A stretch of DNA of 64,000 bases from Planctomycetota bacterium (GTDB taxonomy: Bacteria; Planctomycetota; OFTM77): the NCBI GenBank assembly GCA_040219065.1, contig JAVJTD010000031.1, positions 32,236 to 96,235 on the forward strand. Direction: 5' to 3'. This document shows positions 15,481-25,558 of this stretch, one piece after another. Position 1 is the stretch's first letter. Every line of letters starts with the position of its first letter. The translations under genes were made by a program, and so were the position numbers. The notes under the pieces are model-generated. The model worked only from the letters and a program-made list of their open reading frames with translations, was not told the DNA's origin and made no database searches.

Positions 15481-18021
15481 TCAGCGTCGACTCTGATTGA
15501 AGAGGATCGAGAGGTCATCCGAGTCGACGTTCGGGACGACGAGGTCGGGCAATCCGTCGAGATTGATATCTGAGACAGCGACCGCCGAGCAGCCACGTCC
15601 AGTCGCGAAGACCCGTGCCGAGTTGAAGCTGGCGTCTCCGCGGCCCTTCAAGAAGTTTACGCCGTCCTTCTCTTCGCCGGCCGCAGCGACATCCAAGAAC
15701 CCGTCGGAGTCGAAATCCGCGACGACGACCTGCCCACGCCCTCCGCGATAATGAACGGCGTTACTGAACGTGCCGTCCGCGCGTCCTTTAAGGATCGAGA
15801 GCCAGTCGCTGGACCAGCAGCAGACGGCCAGGTCCAGAATTCCATCGGAATTCAAGTCGGCGACCGCGAGCGCGCGCGGTCCGGTTTGGGTCCAGAAGAA
15901 TCCCTTAGACTTGAAGTTGCCATCTCCCTCACTCAAGAGGATGGATACGCTGGAACGACCCGAATTGACGACAGCCAGATCAGGATGACCATCGCGGTTG
16001 AAGTCGGCGATGGCGACGGCACGCGGGCCCGTTTCGACACTGTATCTCCGCTCGGGCTCGAAAGTCCCATCGCCCAGCCCCAGGAGGACCGCCACTTCGT
16101 CCGACTCCCAAAGCGGTGTCACCAAGTCCGGAATCTGATCTCCATTCAGGTCCTCGGCGGCAATTGCAGACGGGCCACCGCTGAGAGGAATTACCTTCTG
16201 TGGCTCGAACGTCCCGTCACCTCTTCCCAGCAAGAGCGAGATGTTCTCCGTCCACTGATTGGAGACCGCGATGTCGAGAACCCCGTCGCCACTGAAGTCC
16301 GCGAACGCCGCAGCTTTCGGGTCGCCGCCAACCCGATAGGGAACTGACTCACCGAAGGTCCCCTTCTCGAGACCCAAAGAGACCGCGATCTCGTTGGAAT
16401 CCTCGTGAGTGGTGATCAAGTCCGAGAAGCCGTCTCCATCGAGATCCGCGATCGAAAGCCCGGTCGGATTAAGGTGGGCCAGAAGGCGATCCTCAGCCAC
16501 GCAAGTGCCATCCCCGATCCCGATGGAGACCATCATGGATACACCCGAAGTGGTCTGAGAGCAGAGAATGACGAGGTCGGGCGACTCGTCGCCGTTCAGG
16601 TCCGTGCTCGCAACGAAGTGCGGGTTCGGCTTGGCGGAGATCCGCTGCCGAAGAGCGAAGGAGCGATTTCCTTTCGCGAGTAGGATGAACACCTCCTCCT
16701 GGCCCTGCATGGCGACTACGAGGTCGAGCTTGCCATCGCCATTCATGTCCGCCACGGTCAATGACCGTGGACCGTTTCCGACCAGGTAGCGTCTTTGGCT
16801 CTCGAACTCGCCATGACCCAGCCCGTACAGGACGCTGACGCTTTGGGACAAGCGGTTGGCGACCGCTATGTCAGGGAAGCCATCACCGTCCAGATCGCTG
16901 ACGACGACGAAGCTGGGCAGCACCTCGGTCGGTAGGCGGCGCTCCCTCTCGAAGGTGCCGTCTCCGCGGTTCATCAAGACGGACACGTCGTCGGAGTCTT
17001 CATTGGCCGTCACGATGTCGGGAGCCCCATCGGCATCGAGGTCCGCAACGGCGAGGGACAGCGGGTCTACGCCGACGGCATACCGCTGCTGCTCTTCGAA
17101 GCTGCCATCCCCTCGGCCGAACAGGATGGAGACGTCGTCCGAGCCCAGATTGCCGACGGCGAGGTCGGGAACACCGTCGGCGTCGAAGTCCGAGATCGCC
17201 ACGGCGCGAGGGCTTCCGCCAGTCGTGTACCGCACTTCGGGCGCGAAGGTCCGGTCACCGCGACTGAGAAGAATGGACACACTCTTGGAGAGCGCATTGG
17301 CGACGGCGAGGTCGGGATGATGATCACCGTTCAGATCACCTATGGCGACCGAGTAAGGAGCGTATCCGACGTCGTAGAATACTGGATCGGCGAGTGTGCC
17401 ATCGCCCAGACCATAGTAGACAGCGACCTCGTGGGCGGTCTCCAAGGCAACGGCCAAGTCCAAGCGGCCGTCCAGGTCGAGGTCGGCACTCGCCGCGGCG
17501 CGTGGCTGCCCCTTGGTGTAGTACTGTGCTCCAGGGAACAATGGCGCTCCGCCCAATGGCACTGGCCCCACCTCCAGACGGTGACCCGGCGTGAAGGCCA
17601 CTTGCCCTTGCGCACTGGGATCTTGAATGATGGCCTGAATGATAAGGCGCTTACCGCAATGCTTCGGGTCGAGAGCCTCGAAGGAGACGAGGGTGCGCTC
17701 TCCGACCACATTCAGGCGAAACGGTATGCGCTTCTTCGGGCCACTGGGATACAGCATCGCTCCGAAGCGGGGTAGCCAAACGGGATCGACGTCATACCCG
17801 ATCAGGAGCTCGCCTTTTGCGGCCGGAAGATTGTGTCGCACGGTGACCGACAGGAAGCCGTGAATGGCCGGCGTGCCGCCGACGACGATCCGCGGAACAC
17901 CCGAGACGCCGGGAGTTCCCTTGCCGAAGCTCTCTTGCACGGGCTTGCCGGGGCAATCCGCGCGGAGCTCGGTCGTGAGTCCACTCAGGATCGACAAGCC
18001 AAGAAGAAAGAAGCCTCTCAC
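15481..18021 (-). CDS. secreted FG-GAP / VCBS-type repeat beta-propeller protein
   Basis: More than ten DxNGDGxxDL FG-GAP-like calcium-binding repeats. The chosen GTG start (18021) has an AAGGAG RBS and gives a signal peptide RGFFLLGLSILSGLTTELRA. Confidence 0.7.
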   Translation of the reverse strand: MRGFFLLGLSILSGLTTELRADCPGKPVQESFGKGTPGVSGVPRIVVGGTPAIHGFLSVTVRHNLPAAKGELLIGYDVDPVWLPRFGAMLYPSGPKKRIPFRLNVVGERTLVSFEALDPKHCGKRLIIQAIIQDPSAQGQVAFTPGHRLEVGPVPLGGAPLFPGAQYYTKGQPRAAASADLDLDGRLDLAVALETAHEVAVYYGLGDGTLADPVFYDVGYAPYSVAIGDLNGDHHPDLAVANALSKSVSILLSRGDRTFAPEVRYTTGGSPRAVAISDFDADGVPDLAVGNLGSDDVSILFGRGDGSFEEQQRYAVGVDPLSLAVADLDADGAPDIVTANEDSDDVSVLMNRGDGTFERERRLPTEVLPSFVVVSDLDGDGFPDIAVANRLSQSVSVLYGLGHGEFESQRRYLVGNGPRSLTVADMNGDGKLDLVVAMQGQEEVFILLAKGNRSFALRQRISAKPNPHFVASTDLNGDESPDLVILCSQTTSGVSMMVSIGIGDGTCVAEDRLLAHLNPTGLSIADLDGDGFSDLITTHEDSNEIAVSLGLEKGTFGESVPYRVGGDPKAAAFADFSGDGVLDIAVSNQWTENISLLLGRGDGTFEPQKVIPLSGGPSAIAAEDLNGDQIPDLVTPLWESDEVAVLLGLGDGTFEPERRYSVETGPRAVAIADFNRDGHPDLAVVNSGRSSVSILLSEGDGNFKSKGFFWTQTGPRALAVADLNSDGILDLAVCCWSSDWLSILKGRADGTFSNAVHYRGGRGQVVVADFDSDGFLDVAAAGEEKDGVNFLKGRGDASFNSARVFATGRGCSAVAVSDINLDGLPDLVVPNVDSDDLSILFNQSRR

Positions 18022-18328
18022 GATGATCTCCTTCGACGTTCCACCGGCCAGAGTGCCTGGCCTGGCGGAGACTCCCCCACCCGGTCGCGGCTGTCTTCCG
18101 AGGCGAGGTCGAAACAAGGAGACTCAGCCTCGCACAGCCTGCCCTCGGCCGGCAAGGGGGCTCAACGTCGTCCTTCGCTCTCACCTCAGCGCCTTGAACC
18201 GGCTGGCCCCTTCGCGGTGCGGCGGATAGAATGCCCGGTCTTCGACGGCCCCCCTGACCGGGTGCCTCCTGACCGCGCGCGGCGGACGGGGTGCGCCTCC
18301 AACCGAGAGATAACGAGGAGATTGCCGC

Positions 18329-19525
18329 ATGGCCCGGCGGATGGATACCTACCTGGCCTCACTCGTCGACGAGGATCGCCTGACCTTCTACGAGGCCGCT
18401 TGTGACTTCGCCGGCTCCGAGATCGCGCCCCACCTCCTGGGCTGGGAGCGTGAGCACATCCACGTACCCGACGACGCGATTCGCGCGATGGCCGGGCTGG
18501 GGCTCTTCGGCTTGACCGTCGAGGACGAGTACGGCGGTCAAGGCGGCGGCCTGACCGACCTGGTGATCATGGGTCTCGCCCTCGGGTACCACAGCCAGAG
18601 CGTCGCGATCACGCCCGGCGCGGCAGCCAGCCTGGGCACCAAGCCTCTCCAGCTCTTCGGCAATGACGCCCAGAAGAAGGCCCACCTCCCCGACCTCGCC
18701 GAAGGCAAGCGCATGTTCGTCTTCGGGCTGTCCGAGCCCGGACGCGGCTCCGATGCCGCCAACCCCGAGGTCACGGCGACGCCCGACGGTGATGGCGGAT
18801 GGACGATCAAGGGCGAGAAGTGCTGGTCGACGAATGCGAAGTGGGCGAGTCATGTGATCGTGCACGCGCTCACGGATCCGAGCGGACGACCCGGTCACCG
18901 CTCGACCTGCTTCATCGTTCCGATGGACGCCGAGGGCGTGCACTACCAGGAGATGGCGGGCAAGGAGGTCTGGCACCAATCCTCGACGGGCTCGATCGCC
19001 TTCGAGAACGTGAAGGTCGGTGACGACGCAATCCTCGGCGAGCGCAACGAGGGCTTCAAGGTGATGGTGACGACCCTCAACGGCGGTCGCCTCTTCATCG
19101 CGGGCCTGTCGCTGGCGTCTCTGGCGTTCGCGCTCGACAAGTGCCGCATCTATGCGCAGGAGCGGATCCAGTTCGACGAGCTGCCCATCGGCCGATTCCA
19201 GCGTGTCCAGGACGTCATCTTGGACATGGACATCGCGCTGCATCAGAACCTCACTTGGCTGTTCAAGTCCCTCGAGCAGTACGAGGCCGGCACGATGCTG
19301 CGCGAGACGGCTGCCAAGGTGAAGATCGAGTGCTCCCGTCGCGCCTCCGACCTGTTGACGATGGCGATGGAGATCTGCGGCGGTGTCGCCTGCTTCGACG
19401 AGTTCGAGCTCATCCGTCACCACCGCGACCTCTTCGTCTGCCGCGTCGGTGAAGGCAGCAACTTCGCGCTCAAGACCATGTCGGTGCGACCGCTCATGCC
19501 CGACATCGGCAACGTGCTCCAATGA
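18329..19525 (+). CDS. acyl-CoA dehydrogenase family protein
   Basis: ACAD N-terminal, middle and C-terminal domain pattern (LFGLTVEDEYGGQGG, GLSEPGRGSDAANPEVTA, C-terminal catalytic-base region). Confidence 0.8.
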   Translation: MARRMDTYLASLVDEDRLTFYEAACDFAGSEIAPHLLGWEREHIHVPDDAIRAMAGLGLFGLTVEDEYGGQGGGLTDLVIMGLALGYHSQSVAITPGAAASLGTKPLQLFGNDAQKKAHLPDLAEGKRMFVFGLSEPGRGSDAANPEVTATPDGDGGWTIKGEKCWSTNAKWASHVIVHALTDPSGRPGHRSTCFIVPMDAEGVHYQEMAGKEVWHQSSTGSIAFENVKVGDDAILGERNEGFKVMVTTLNGGRLFIAGLSLASLAFALDKCRIYAQERIQFDELPIGRFQRVQDVILDMDIALHQNLTWLFKSLEQYEAGTMLRETAAKVKIECSRRASDLLTMAMEICGGVACFDEFELIRHHRDLFVCRVGEGSNFALKTMSVRPLMPDIGNVLQ

Positions 19526-19592
19526 GGGCGTCTCGGCGAGTCGGCACCGTCCGGGTCGCCGCTGAGCTCGATCGACCGGCTGGGGAGAGATC

Positions 19593-20795
19593 ATGACCGC
19601 GTCCCGCGTCGCCGCGACCAGCGAGCACGCTGCTCACTGGCAGCTCGAAGAGGGCATCGAGTTCCTCAACCACGGCTCCTTCGGTGCCTGCCCCACCAAG
19701 ATCCTCGAGGCACAGGACCGGTGGCGAAAGCGCATCGAGCTCGAGCCCGTCCGCTTCTTCGTCCATGAGCTCGAGCCGGCACTCGACGAGACGCGCCGAG
19801 AGCTCGGGAGCTTCCTCGGTGCGAGTCCCGACTGCCTCGCCTTCGTGCCGAACGCGACCTACGGCGTCAACTCGATCCTGCGCTCCCTCGAGCTCGGACC
19901 GCAGGACGAGCTGCTGGTGAGCAACCACGAGTACAATGCGAGCCGCAACGCTCTCGACTTCGTCGCGGCGCGGACCGGCGCCCGTGTGCAGGTCGTCGAG
20001 ATCCCCTTCCCACTGAAGAGCGCCGATGAGGTCGTCGAGCGCGTGCTGGGCGCGGTCAACGCGCGGACGCGCCTGCTCCTGATCGACCACGTCACCAGCC
20101 AGACCGGGTTGGTCTTGCCGATCGAGCCGATCGTCCAAGAGCTCAACCGCCGCGGCATCGACACGTTGATCGACGGCGCCCATGCGCCAGGCATGGTGCC
20201 CCTCGAGCTCGACCGACTGGGAGCCACCTACTACACCGGCAACTGCCACAAGTGGCTGTGCACGCCGAAGGGCTCCGCCTTGCTCTACGTGCGCGAGGAC
20301 CGCCAAGCGCGCATTCGCCCCCTCGCCATCAGCCACGGCGCGAACTCGCCGCGCAGCGATCGCTCGAAGTACCTGATCGAGTTCGATTGGACGGGCACCA
20401 TCGATCCGACACCCTGGCTGGTCATCCCCGAATCGATCCGATTCCTGGGATCCCTCCTGCCCGGTGGATTCGAGGCGCTTCGCAAGCACAACCGCGACCT
20501 CGCCCTCGCCGCGCGCCCGATCGTCGCCGACGCGCTCGGGATCGAGCTGCCCTGTCCCGACACGATGATCGGCCACCTCGCCTCGTTCCCGCTGCCGCCG
20601 GGCAAGGACGAAGCGCCCAAGTCCTCTCTGTACGTCGACCCGCTCCAAGACGACCTGATGTCGCGCTGGGGCATCGAGATCCCGATCATGCCGTGGCCCG
20701 CTCCGCCGAAGCGGATCATCCGCTTCTCGGCGCAGCTCTACAACTCGCTCGAGCAATACAAGCGCCTCGCCGGGGCACTCAAAGAGCTGCTCTGA
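19593..20795 (+). CDS. class V aminotransferase-fold PLP enzyme (isopenicillin-N epimerase-like)
   Basis: EFLNHGSFGACP N-terminus and TGNCHKWLCTPKG lysine region typical of class V PLP enzymes. Confidence 0.7.
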   Translation: MTASRVAATSEHAAHWQLEEGIEFLNHGSFGACPTKILEAQDRWRKRIELEPVRFFVHELEPALDETRRELGSFLGASPDCLAFVPNATYGVNSILRSLELGPQDELLVSNHEYNASRNALDFVAARTGARVQVVEIPFPLKSADEVVERVLGAVNARTRLLLIDHVTSQTGLVLPIEPIVQELNRRGIDTLIDGAHAPGMVPLELDRLGATYYTGNCHKWLCTPKGSALLYVREDRQARIRPLAISHGANSPRSDRSKYLIEFDWTGTIDPTPWLVIPESIRFLGSLLPGGFEALRKHNRDLALAARPIVADALGIELPCPDTMIGHLASFPLPPGKDEAPKSSLYVDPLQDDLMSRWGIEIPIMPWPAPPKRIIRFSAQLYNSLEQYKRLAGALKELL

Positions 20796-21328
20796 TGGCG
20801 AAGAACATCGAGATCAAGGCGAAGGCGCGCGATTGGGACGCGCAGCTCGAGGCGGCGCGCCGGCGCGGCGATCACGAGGAGATCCTCGAGCAGAAGGACG
20901 TCTTCTTTCGTTGTCCGGAGTCTGCCGGAAGCGAGAGCCCGGCACGACTGAAGCTGCGCCGCGTCAATGGACGCTCCGAGCTGATCGCTTACCACCGTCC
21001 GGACCACGCGACGGCCAAGACGAGTGACTATGAGCGTTGTGCCGTGGAAGACCCTGAGGCGCTGGGCCGGGCGTTGACCAAGGCGCTCGGCGCGATCGGT
21101 GTCGTCCAGAAGACTCGGACGCTGGTGATGGTCGGACAGACGCGCATCCACTTCGACGAGGTCGAAGGGCTCGGCCGCTACCTCGAGCTCGAGGTCGTGC
21201 TCCGAGAGGGACAGTCCGAGGCAGAAGGCCAAGCCATCGCCGATGAGCTCTGTGAGTATTTGAGCATCACCGGCGACGACCTCGTCGAAGGCGCCTACCT
21301 CGACCACCTCACTTGCAGCACGAAGTGA
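20795..21328 (+). CDS. CYTH-domain protein (class IV adenylate cyclase / CyaB-like)
   Basis: MAKNIEIKAKARDW opening typical of CYTH triphosphate tunnel proteins. The ATG overlaps the upstream stop (ATGA). Confidence 0.6.
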   Translation: MAKNIEIKAKARDWDAQLEAARRRGDHEEILEQKDVFFRCPESAGSESPARLKLRRVNGRSELIAYHRPDHATAKTSDYERCAVEDPEALGRALTKALGAIGVVQKTRTLVMVGQTRIHFDEVEGLGRYLELEVVLREGQSEAEGQAIADELCEYLSITGDDLVEGAYLDHLTCSTK

Positions 21329-21350
21329 GTCTCGACGGGCCGTGGCCCCG

Positions 21351-21995
21351 TCACACCTTCAGCTCGGCCAAGCTGCCGATCGGCGCTCGCCCCGGCAGGC
21401 CTTCGAAGTGCTCCGGTGGCGTGACGCCCGTCAGGACGGGCTGAAAGTGAGTGCCTGCACCCTGGGCCGTCTCGGCGTCGATGCGGCTGTCGCCGACGTA
21501 GAGCGTCGCGCTCGGCGCCACGGACAATCGATCGAGGCACAAGAGCAACCCCTCGGGATCGGGCTTGTGGGTCATCACGTCCTCGCCGCCGATCACCGTC
21601 TCGAAGAATGCTGACAGCTCATCGCGCTCGAGGACGTCCTCGATGCGGCGCCGCGTCTTGGTCGAGACGATGGCGCACTTCGATCCCCCATCACGTAACC
21701 TCTCGAGACACGGGACCACCGTCTCGAAGACCCGGGTCTTCGCGAGCATTACCGCGCTCGCCTGCGCGTGATAAATGTCCATGAAGCGTTGGGCCGCATC
21801 AGGATCCCCGACGCCGGAGAGCTCGCGGAAGGCGTGCGGCAGGCTCATGCCGATCGTGCGGCGGACCCGGTCCGGCTCGGGCGCGACAAGCTTCATCACT
21901 TCAAATGTAGCCCGGAAGGAATGCACGATACCGGGCGATGCATCGGCGAGGGTGTAGTCGAAGTCGAAGACGACGGCTTGAATCGTCGGTGTCAT
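21351..21995 (-). CDS. HAD-superfamily hydrolase (phosphoglycolate phosphatase-like)
   Basis: DFDYTLAD motif I, a VSTKT-type motif II, K...GD motif III/IV (YVGDSRID). The start is set at MTPTIQ rather than the longer ORF. Confidence 0.7.
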   Translation of the reverse strand: MTPTIQAVVFDFDYTLADASPGIVHSFRATFEVMKLVAPEPDRVRRTIGMSLPHAFRELSGVGDPDAAQRFMDIYHAQASAVMLAKTRVFETVVPCLERLRDGGSKCAIVSTKTRRRIEDVLERDELSAFFETVIGGEDVMTHKPDPEGLLLCLDRLSVAPSATLYVGDSRIDAETAQGAGTHFQPVLTGVTPPEHFEGLPGRAPIGSLAELKV

Positions 21996-22052
21996 CGAAG
22001 TGAAGATGCCGGCGTTGACGACGATTGTCCACTGAAGGATCGGGTAGGCACC

Positions 22053-22607
22053 ATGACGTTCGAGGCGCGCTCCCTCACTCGAGACACCCTCTCGGACTTC
22101 TTCGAGCTGCACTCGGCCGCGAACGGCGGCGGGTGGTGCCATTGCGTCGCTTGGGCCGTGCCGACCTGGGACGGCTGGGGTGATCGGACCGCCGAGGAGA
22201 ACCGCGCCTTGCGCGAGGAGCGCTTCCGAGACGGCGACCTCGACCAGATCCTGCTGTACGAGGACGAGCGGCCCGTCGCGTCTTGCCAGATCGGGCCGCG
22301 AGACCGCTTTCCCAAGATCCTGGCGCAGTTCGGCCTGGAAAAGGACGCCAATTGCTGGGCCATCACGTGCTTCTTCGTCGCTCCCGATCGCAGGGGCCGC
22401 GGAGCAGCGCGCGCGCTCCTCGAAGCGGCGATCGAGAAGGCGAAGTCCGCGTCGGCGACGCGCCTCCAAGCCTTCCCGCGGCGCGGCGAGGGCCTCGACG
22501 CGGGCGAGGTGTGGAACGGGCCGGAGGCGATGTTCGCCGCGGCGAGGTTTCGTGTGTATCGGGACGACCCGGTCCGGCCCGTCCTCCAGCTCGACCTCGG
22601 CGCATGA
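22053..22607 (+). CDS. GNAT-family N-acetyltransferase
   Basis: Acetyl-CoA-binding-like segment APDRRGRGAARALLEAAIEKA. Size and position fit a GNAT. Confidence 0.6.
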   Translation: MTFEARSLTRDTLSDFFELHSAANGGGWCHCVAWAVPTWDGWGDRTAEENRALREERFRDGDLDQILLYEDERPVASCQIGPRDRFPKILAQFGLEKDANCWAITCFFVAPDRRGRGAARALLEAAIEKAKSASATRLQAFPRRGEGLDAGEVWNGPEAMFAAARFRVYRDDPVRPVLQLDLGA

Positions 22608-23377
22608 GGGTGACGGTCTCGCCCAGTCGGCTCTGGCCGATCGGTGTCTTGCTGGGGATCACGGTGATGGCACTTTGGATCGTGGGCCCGATCGAGCAAT
22701 CTGCGGAGTACCACGACTTCGCCGATCAGCGCCCTCTCGGCAGCCTCCCTCACGCGCAGAACGTGCTCTCGAATCTCCCGTTCCTGCTCGTCGGCGTCTT
22801 CGGCTTTCTGACATTGGCCCGGCGAAGGCGAGATGCGAGCACGCTCGACGACGCCCCGATCGCCGCTGCCTTGTTCATGGGCATCTTCCTGACGGGCTCA
22901 GGCTCGGCCTACTACCATGGGTCCCCGGCTCACGCGACGCTCGTCTGGGATCGGCTCCCGATGACGATCACCTTCATGGCCACGGTGGCTCTCGTCCTGC
23001 AAGACCACTTCGGGGACCGCACCGGGCGCCGCGCACTCCTGCCTCTCCTCGCGATCGGCCTGTCGAGCGCCTTGATCTGGGCCGGGACCGGCGATCTGCG
23101 GCTGTACGCTCTGGTGCAGTTCTTTCCGCTAGTCGCGATCCCTTTGCTCTGGTGGCGAGTGCCCCGGCTGACCGCCGGGCTGGAGCCGCTCATCGCGGCC
23201 CTGGTGCTCTACGGACTGGCCAAGGGCCTCGAGAGCCTGGACGATCCGATCTACCGGGCGAGCGGGCATTGGGTGAGCGGTCATGCGCTCAAGCATCTGG
23301 TCGCGGCGTGGGCTTCCTTCGAGCTGCTTCGCTACTGGCGCGACCGCCGGCGGCTCGGAATCTCGGGTTCGACTTGA
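22604..23377 (+). CDS. polytopic membrane protein, ceramidase-like (uncertain)
   Basis: Seven hydrophobic helices with conserved His residues (YYHGS, SGHALKH) reminiscent of alkaline ceramidase/CREST-type hydrolases. The ATG overlaps the GNAT stop. Confidence 0.4.
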   Translation: MRVTVSPSRLWPIGVLLGITVMALWIVGPIEQSAEYHDFADQRPLGSLPHAQNVLSNLPFLLVGVFGFLTLARRRRDASTLDDAPIAAALFMGIFLTGSGSAYYHGSPAHATLVWDRLPMTITFMATVALVLQDHFGDRTGRRALLPLLAIGLSSALIWAGTGDLRLYALVQFFPLVAIPLLWWRVPRLTAGLEPLIAALVLYGLAKGLESLDDPIYRASGHWVSGHALKHLVAAWASFELLRYWRDRRRLGISGST

Positions 23378-23446
23378 TGTCGAGCCTCCGAGGCGGAATG
23401 CTGGTGGTCGAATCGACCTCCCAACGTCCCACCCTGGAGCCCACCC

Positions 23447-24691
23447 GTGATCGAGCCGCAGCCCGCGCCTCTCGTGGATCGAGATGCCATCCGAAGCCTG
23501 TTTCCCGCGCTGCAAGGTGCGGACGTCTTCCTGGACAATGCGGGCGGCTCGCAGGTTCCCGAGACCGTGGTGAACCGGATCCGGGACTATCTCCTCTGCA
23601 GCTACGCCCAGCTCGGCGCGGACTACGAGACCTCGAAGCGAGCGACCGAGACCGTCGCGCAAGCGCACCGCTTCCTCAAGGCCTTCATGAATGCCGACGG
23701 CGTCGGCGAAGTGGTGATCGGTCCGTCGACCTCGGCCTTGTGCTCGATGCTCGCCGATTGCCTGGCTCGCTCCTTCGACCCGCAAAGGGACGAGATCATC
23801 GTCTGCGAGCTCGGACACGAGGCCAACATCGGCCCTTGGCGGCGGCTCGAGGGCAGCTACACGATCCGCACCTGGAAGCTCGACCGCGAGAGCGGGACGC
23901 TCAGGATGCCGGACCTCGAGTCGCTGCTCAGCTCGCGAACCCGCCTGGTCGCCATCCCCCATGTCTCCAACCTGCTCGGTCGGATCGAGGACATCGAGAC
24001 GGTGACCCACCTCGTCCATGGCAACGGCGCACGCGTCGTGGTCGACGGCGTCGCCTTTGCCCCGCACCGGGCGATGGACGTGACTGCCTGGAAGGCGGAC
24101 TGGTACGTGTTCTCGACCTACAAGGCTTACGGTCCCCATCAAGCCGCGCTCTTCGGAACGCACGAGGCCTTCGCCGAGCTCGAGGGACCGAATCATTTCT
24201 TCATTCCCCCATATGAGGTTCCCTACAAGTTCGAGCTGGGCGGCGTGAATCACGAGGCCTGCGCCGGGATCCTCGGGATCTGGGACTACCTGTGCCAGCT
24301 CACCGGTCAGGAGCCGCCAAAAGACTTCGAGCGCAACGTGGTCACGAAGGCCTTCGAGGTCATGACCTCCTGTGAGGCGCCTCTGCAGGAAGCGCTCCTG
24401 AGCTACTTGGCGAAAAAGCCTCAGGTGAAGATCTTGGGGCCCCAGTCCGCCGACCCGGCCACCCGAGTCAGCACGATCAGCTTCGTGCACGAGTCCAAGC
24501 CTTCCAAGGCGATCGCACAGTCGGCCAACCGCCATCACTTGGGGATCCGCTACGGACACTTCTACGCCTGGTCGCTCTGCGAAGCGCTCGGGCTAGACCC
24601 CGAGGACGGCGTCGTCCGCGTCAGCCTGGTCCATTACAACGACCTCCAGGAGGTCGAGCGGCTGATCGACTGCTTCGAGCACATCCTGTAG
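23447..24691 (+). CDS. class V aminotransferase / cysteine-desulfurase-like PLP enzyme
   Basis: LDNAGGSQVPETV N-terminus, VFSTYKAYGPH lysine region and SufS/CsdA-like length. Confidence 0.7.
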   Translation: MIEPQPAPLVDRDAIRSLFPALQGADVFLDNAGGSQVPETVVNRIRDYLLCSYAQLGADYETSKRATETVAQAHRFLKAFMNADGVGEVVIGPSTSALCSMLADCLARSFDPQRDEIIVCELGHEANIGPWRRLEGSYTIRTWKLDRESGTLRMPDLESLLSSRTRLVAIPHVSNLLGRIEDIETVTHLVHGNGARVVVDGVAFAPHRAMDVTAWKADWYVFSTYKAYGPHQAALFGTHEAFAELEGPNHFFIPPYEVPYKFELGGVNHEACAGILGIWDYLCQLTGQEPPKDFERNVVTKAFEVMTSCEAPLQEALLSYLAKKPQVKILGPQSADPATRVSTISFVHESKPSKAIAQSANRHHLGIRYGHFYAWSLCEALGLDPEDGVVRVSLVHYNDLQEVERLIDCFEHIL

Positions 24692-24710
24692 TCTCCGCGA
24701 GGTCACGGTC

Positions 24711-25547
24711 ATGCCCGGCGATTGGAATCCGGATCAGTACCATCGCTTTCGGGACGAGCGGAGCCGGCCCTTCTTCGACCTGATGGAATGCGTCGGCGAA
24801 GGCCGGGGCCGGACCTGCCTGGATCTCGGCTGCGGGACGGGCGAGCTGACGGCGGAGCTGCACCGCGAGAAGTCGTTCGAGCTCACCCTCGGCATCGACC
24901 GATCGCCTGCCATGCTCGGTCGAGCGCGGGAGCATGAAGAGGCGGGGCTTCGTTTCGAGGCCGGGGACATCGCCACCTACGAGCCGCGCTCCACGGTCGA
25001 CGTCGTCTTCTCGAACGCGGCGCTGCATTGGGTCGATGATCACCCGGCACTCTTGACGCGGCTGCGCACCTGGCTGCATCCCGGCGGTGAGATCGCGGTC
25101 CAGGTGCCGGCCAACCACGACACCGCGACTCACGAGGTGGCGAACGAGGTCGCTGGCGAGGAGCCGTTTCGGAGCGAGCTGAAGGGCCACGTGCGCGAGT
25201 CCCCGGTCCTGAAGCCGGACGAGTACGCCCGGCTGCTGCATCGACTCGGCTTTCGGCAGCCGACCGTGCGACTCGAGGTGTATCCCCATGTGCTCGACCG
25301 GCGCGACGACGTCATCGAGTGGGTCCGAGGCACGCTCCTGACCGCCTACCAAGTGCGCCTCTCGGGTCCGACCTACGAGCGATTCCTCGAGCGCTACCAA
25401 GAGAGGCTCTTCGAGGTCCTGCCCGATGAAGAGCCGTTCTTCTACCCCTTCAAGCGCATCCTGATGTGGGGGAAGCTGATTCAGGGGACGACGACGGTCC
25501 ACACCGTCCGGGGCGAAATCGAAGACGACGGACCCGGCCGCTCTTGA
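24711..25547 (+). CDS. tam: trans-aconitate 2-methyltransferase
   Basis: WNPDQYHRFRDERSRP N-terminus and SAM motif LDLGCGTGELT co-linear with Tam. Confidence 0.8.
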   Translation: MPGDWNPDQYHRFRDERSRPFFDLMECVGEGRGRTCLDLGCGTGELTAELHREKSFELTLGIDRSPAMLGRAREHEEAGLRFEAGDIATYEPRSTVDVVFSNAALHWVDDHPALLTRLRTWLHPGGEIAVQVPANHDTATHEVANEVAGEEPFRSELKGHVRESPVLKPDEYARLLHRLGFRQPTVRLEVYPHVLDRRDDVIEWVRGTLLTAYQVRLSGPTYERFLERYQERLFEVLPDEEPFFYPFKRILMWGKLIQGTTTVHTVRGEIEDDGPGRS

Positions 25548-25558
25548 CCGTCTCGAAT

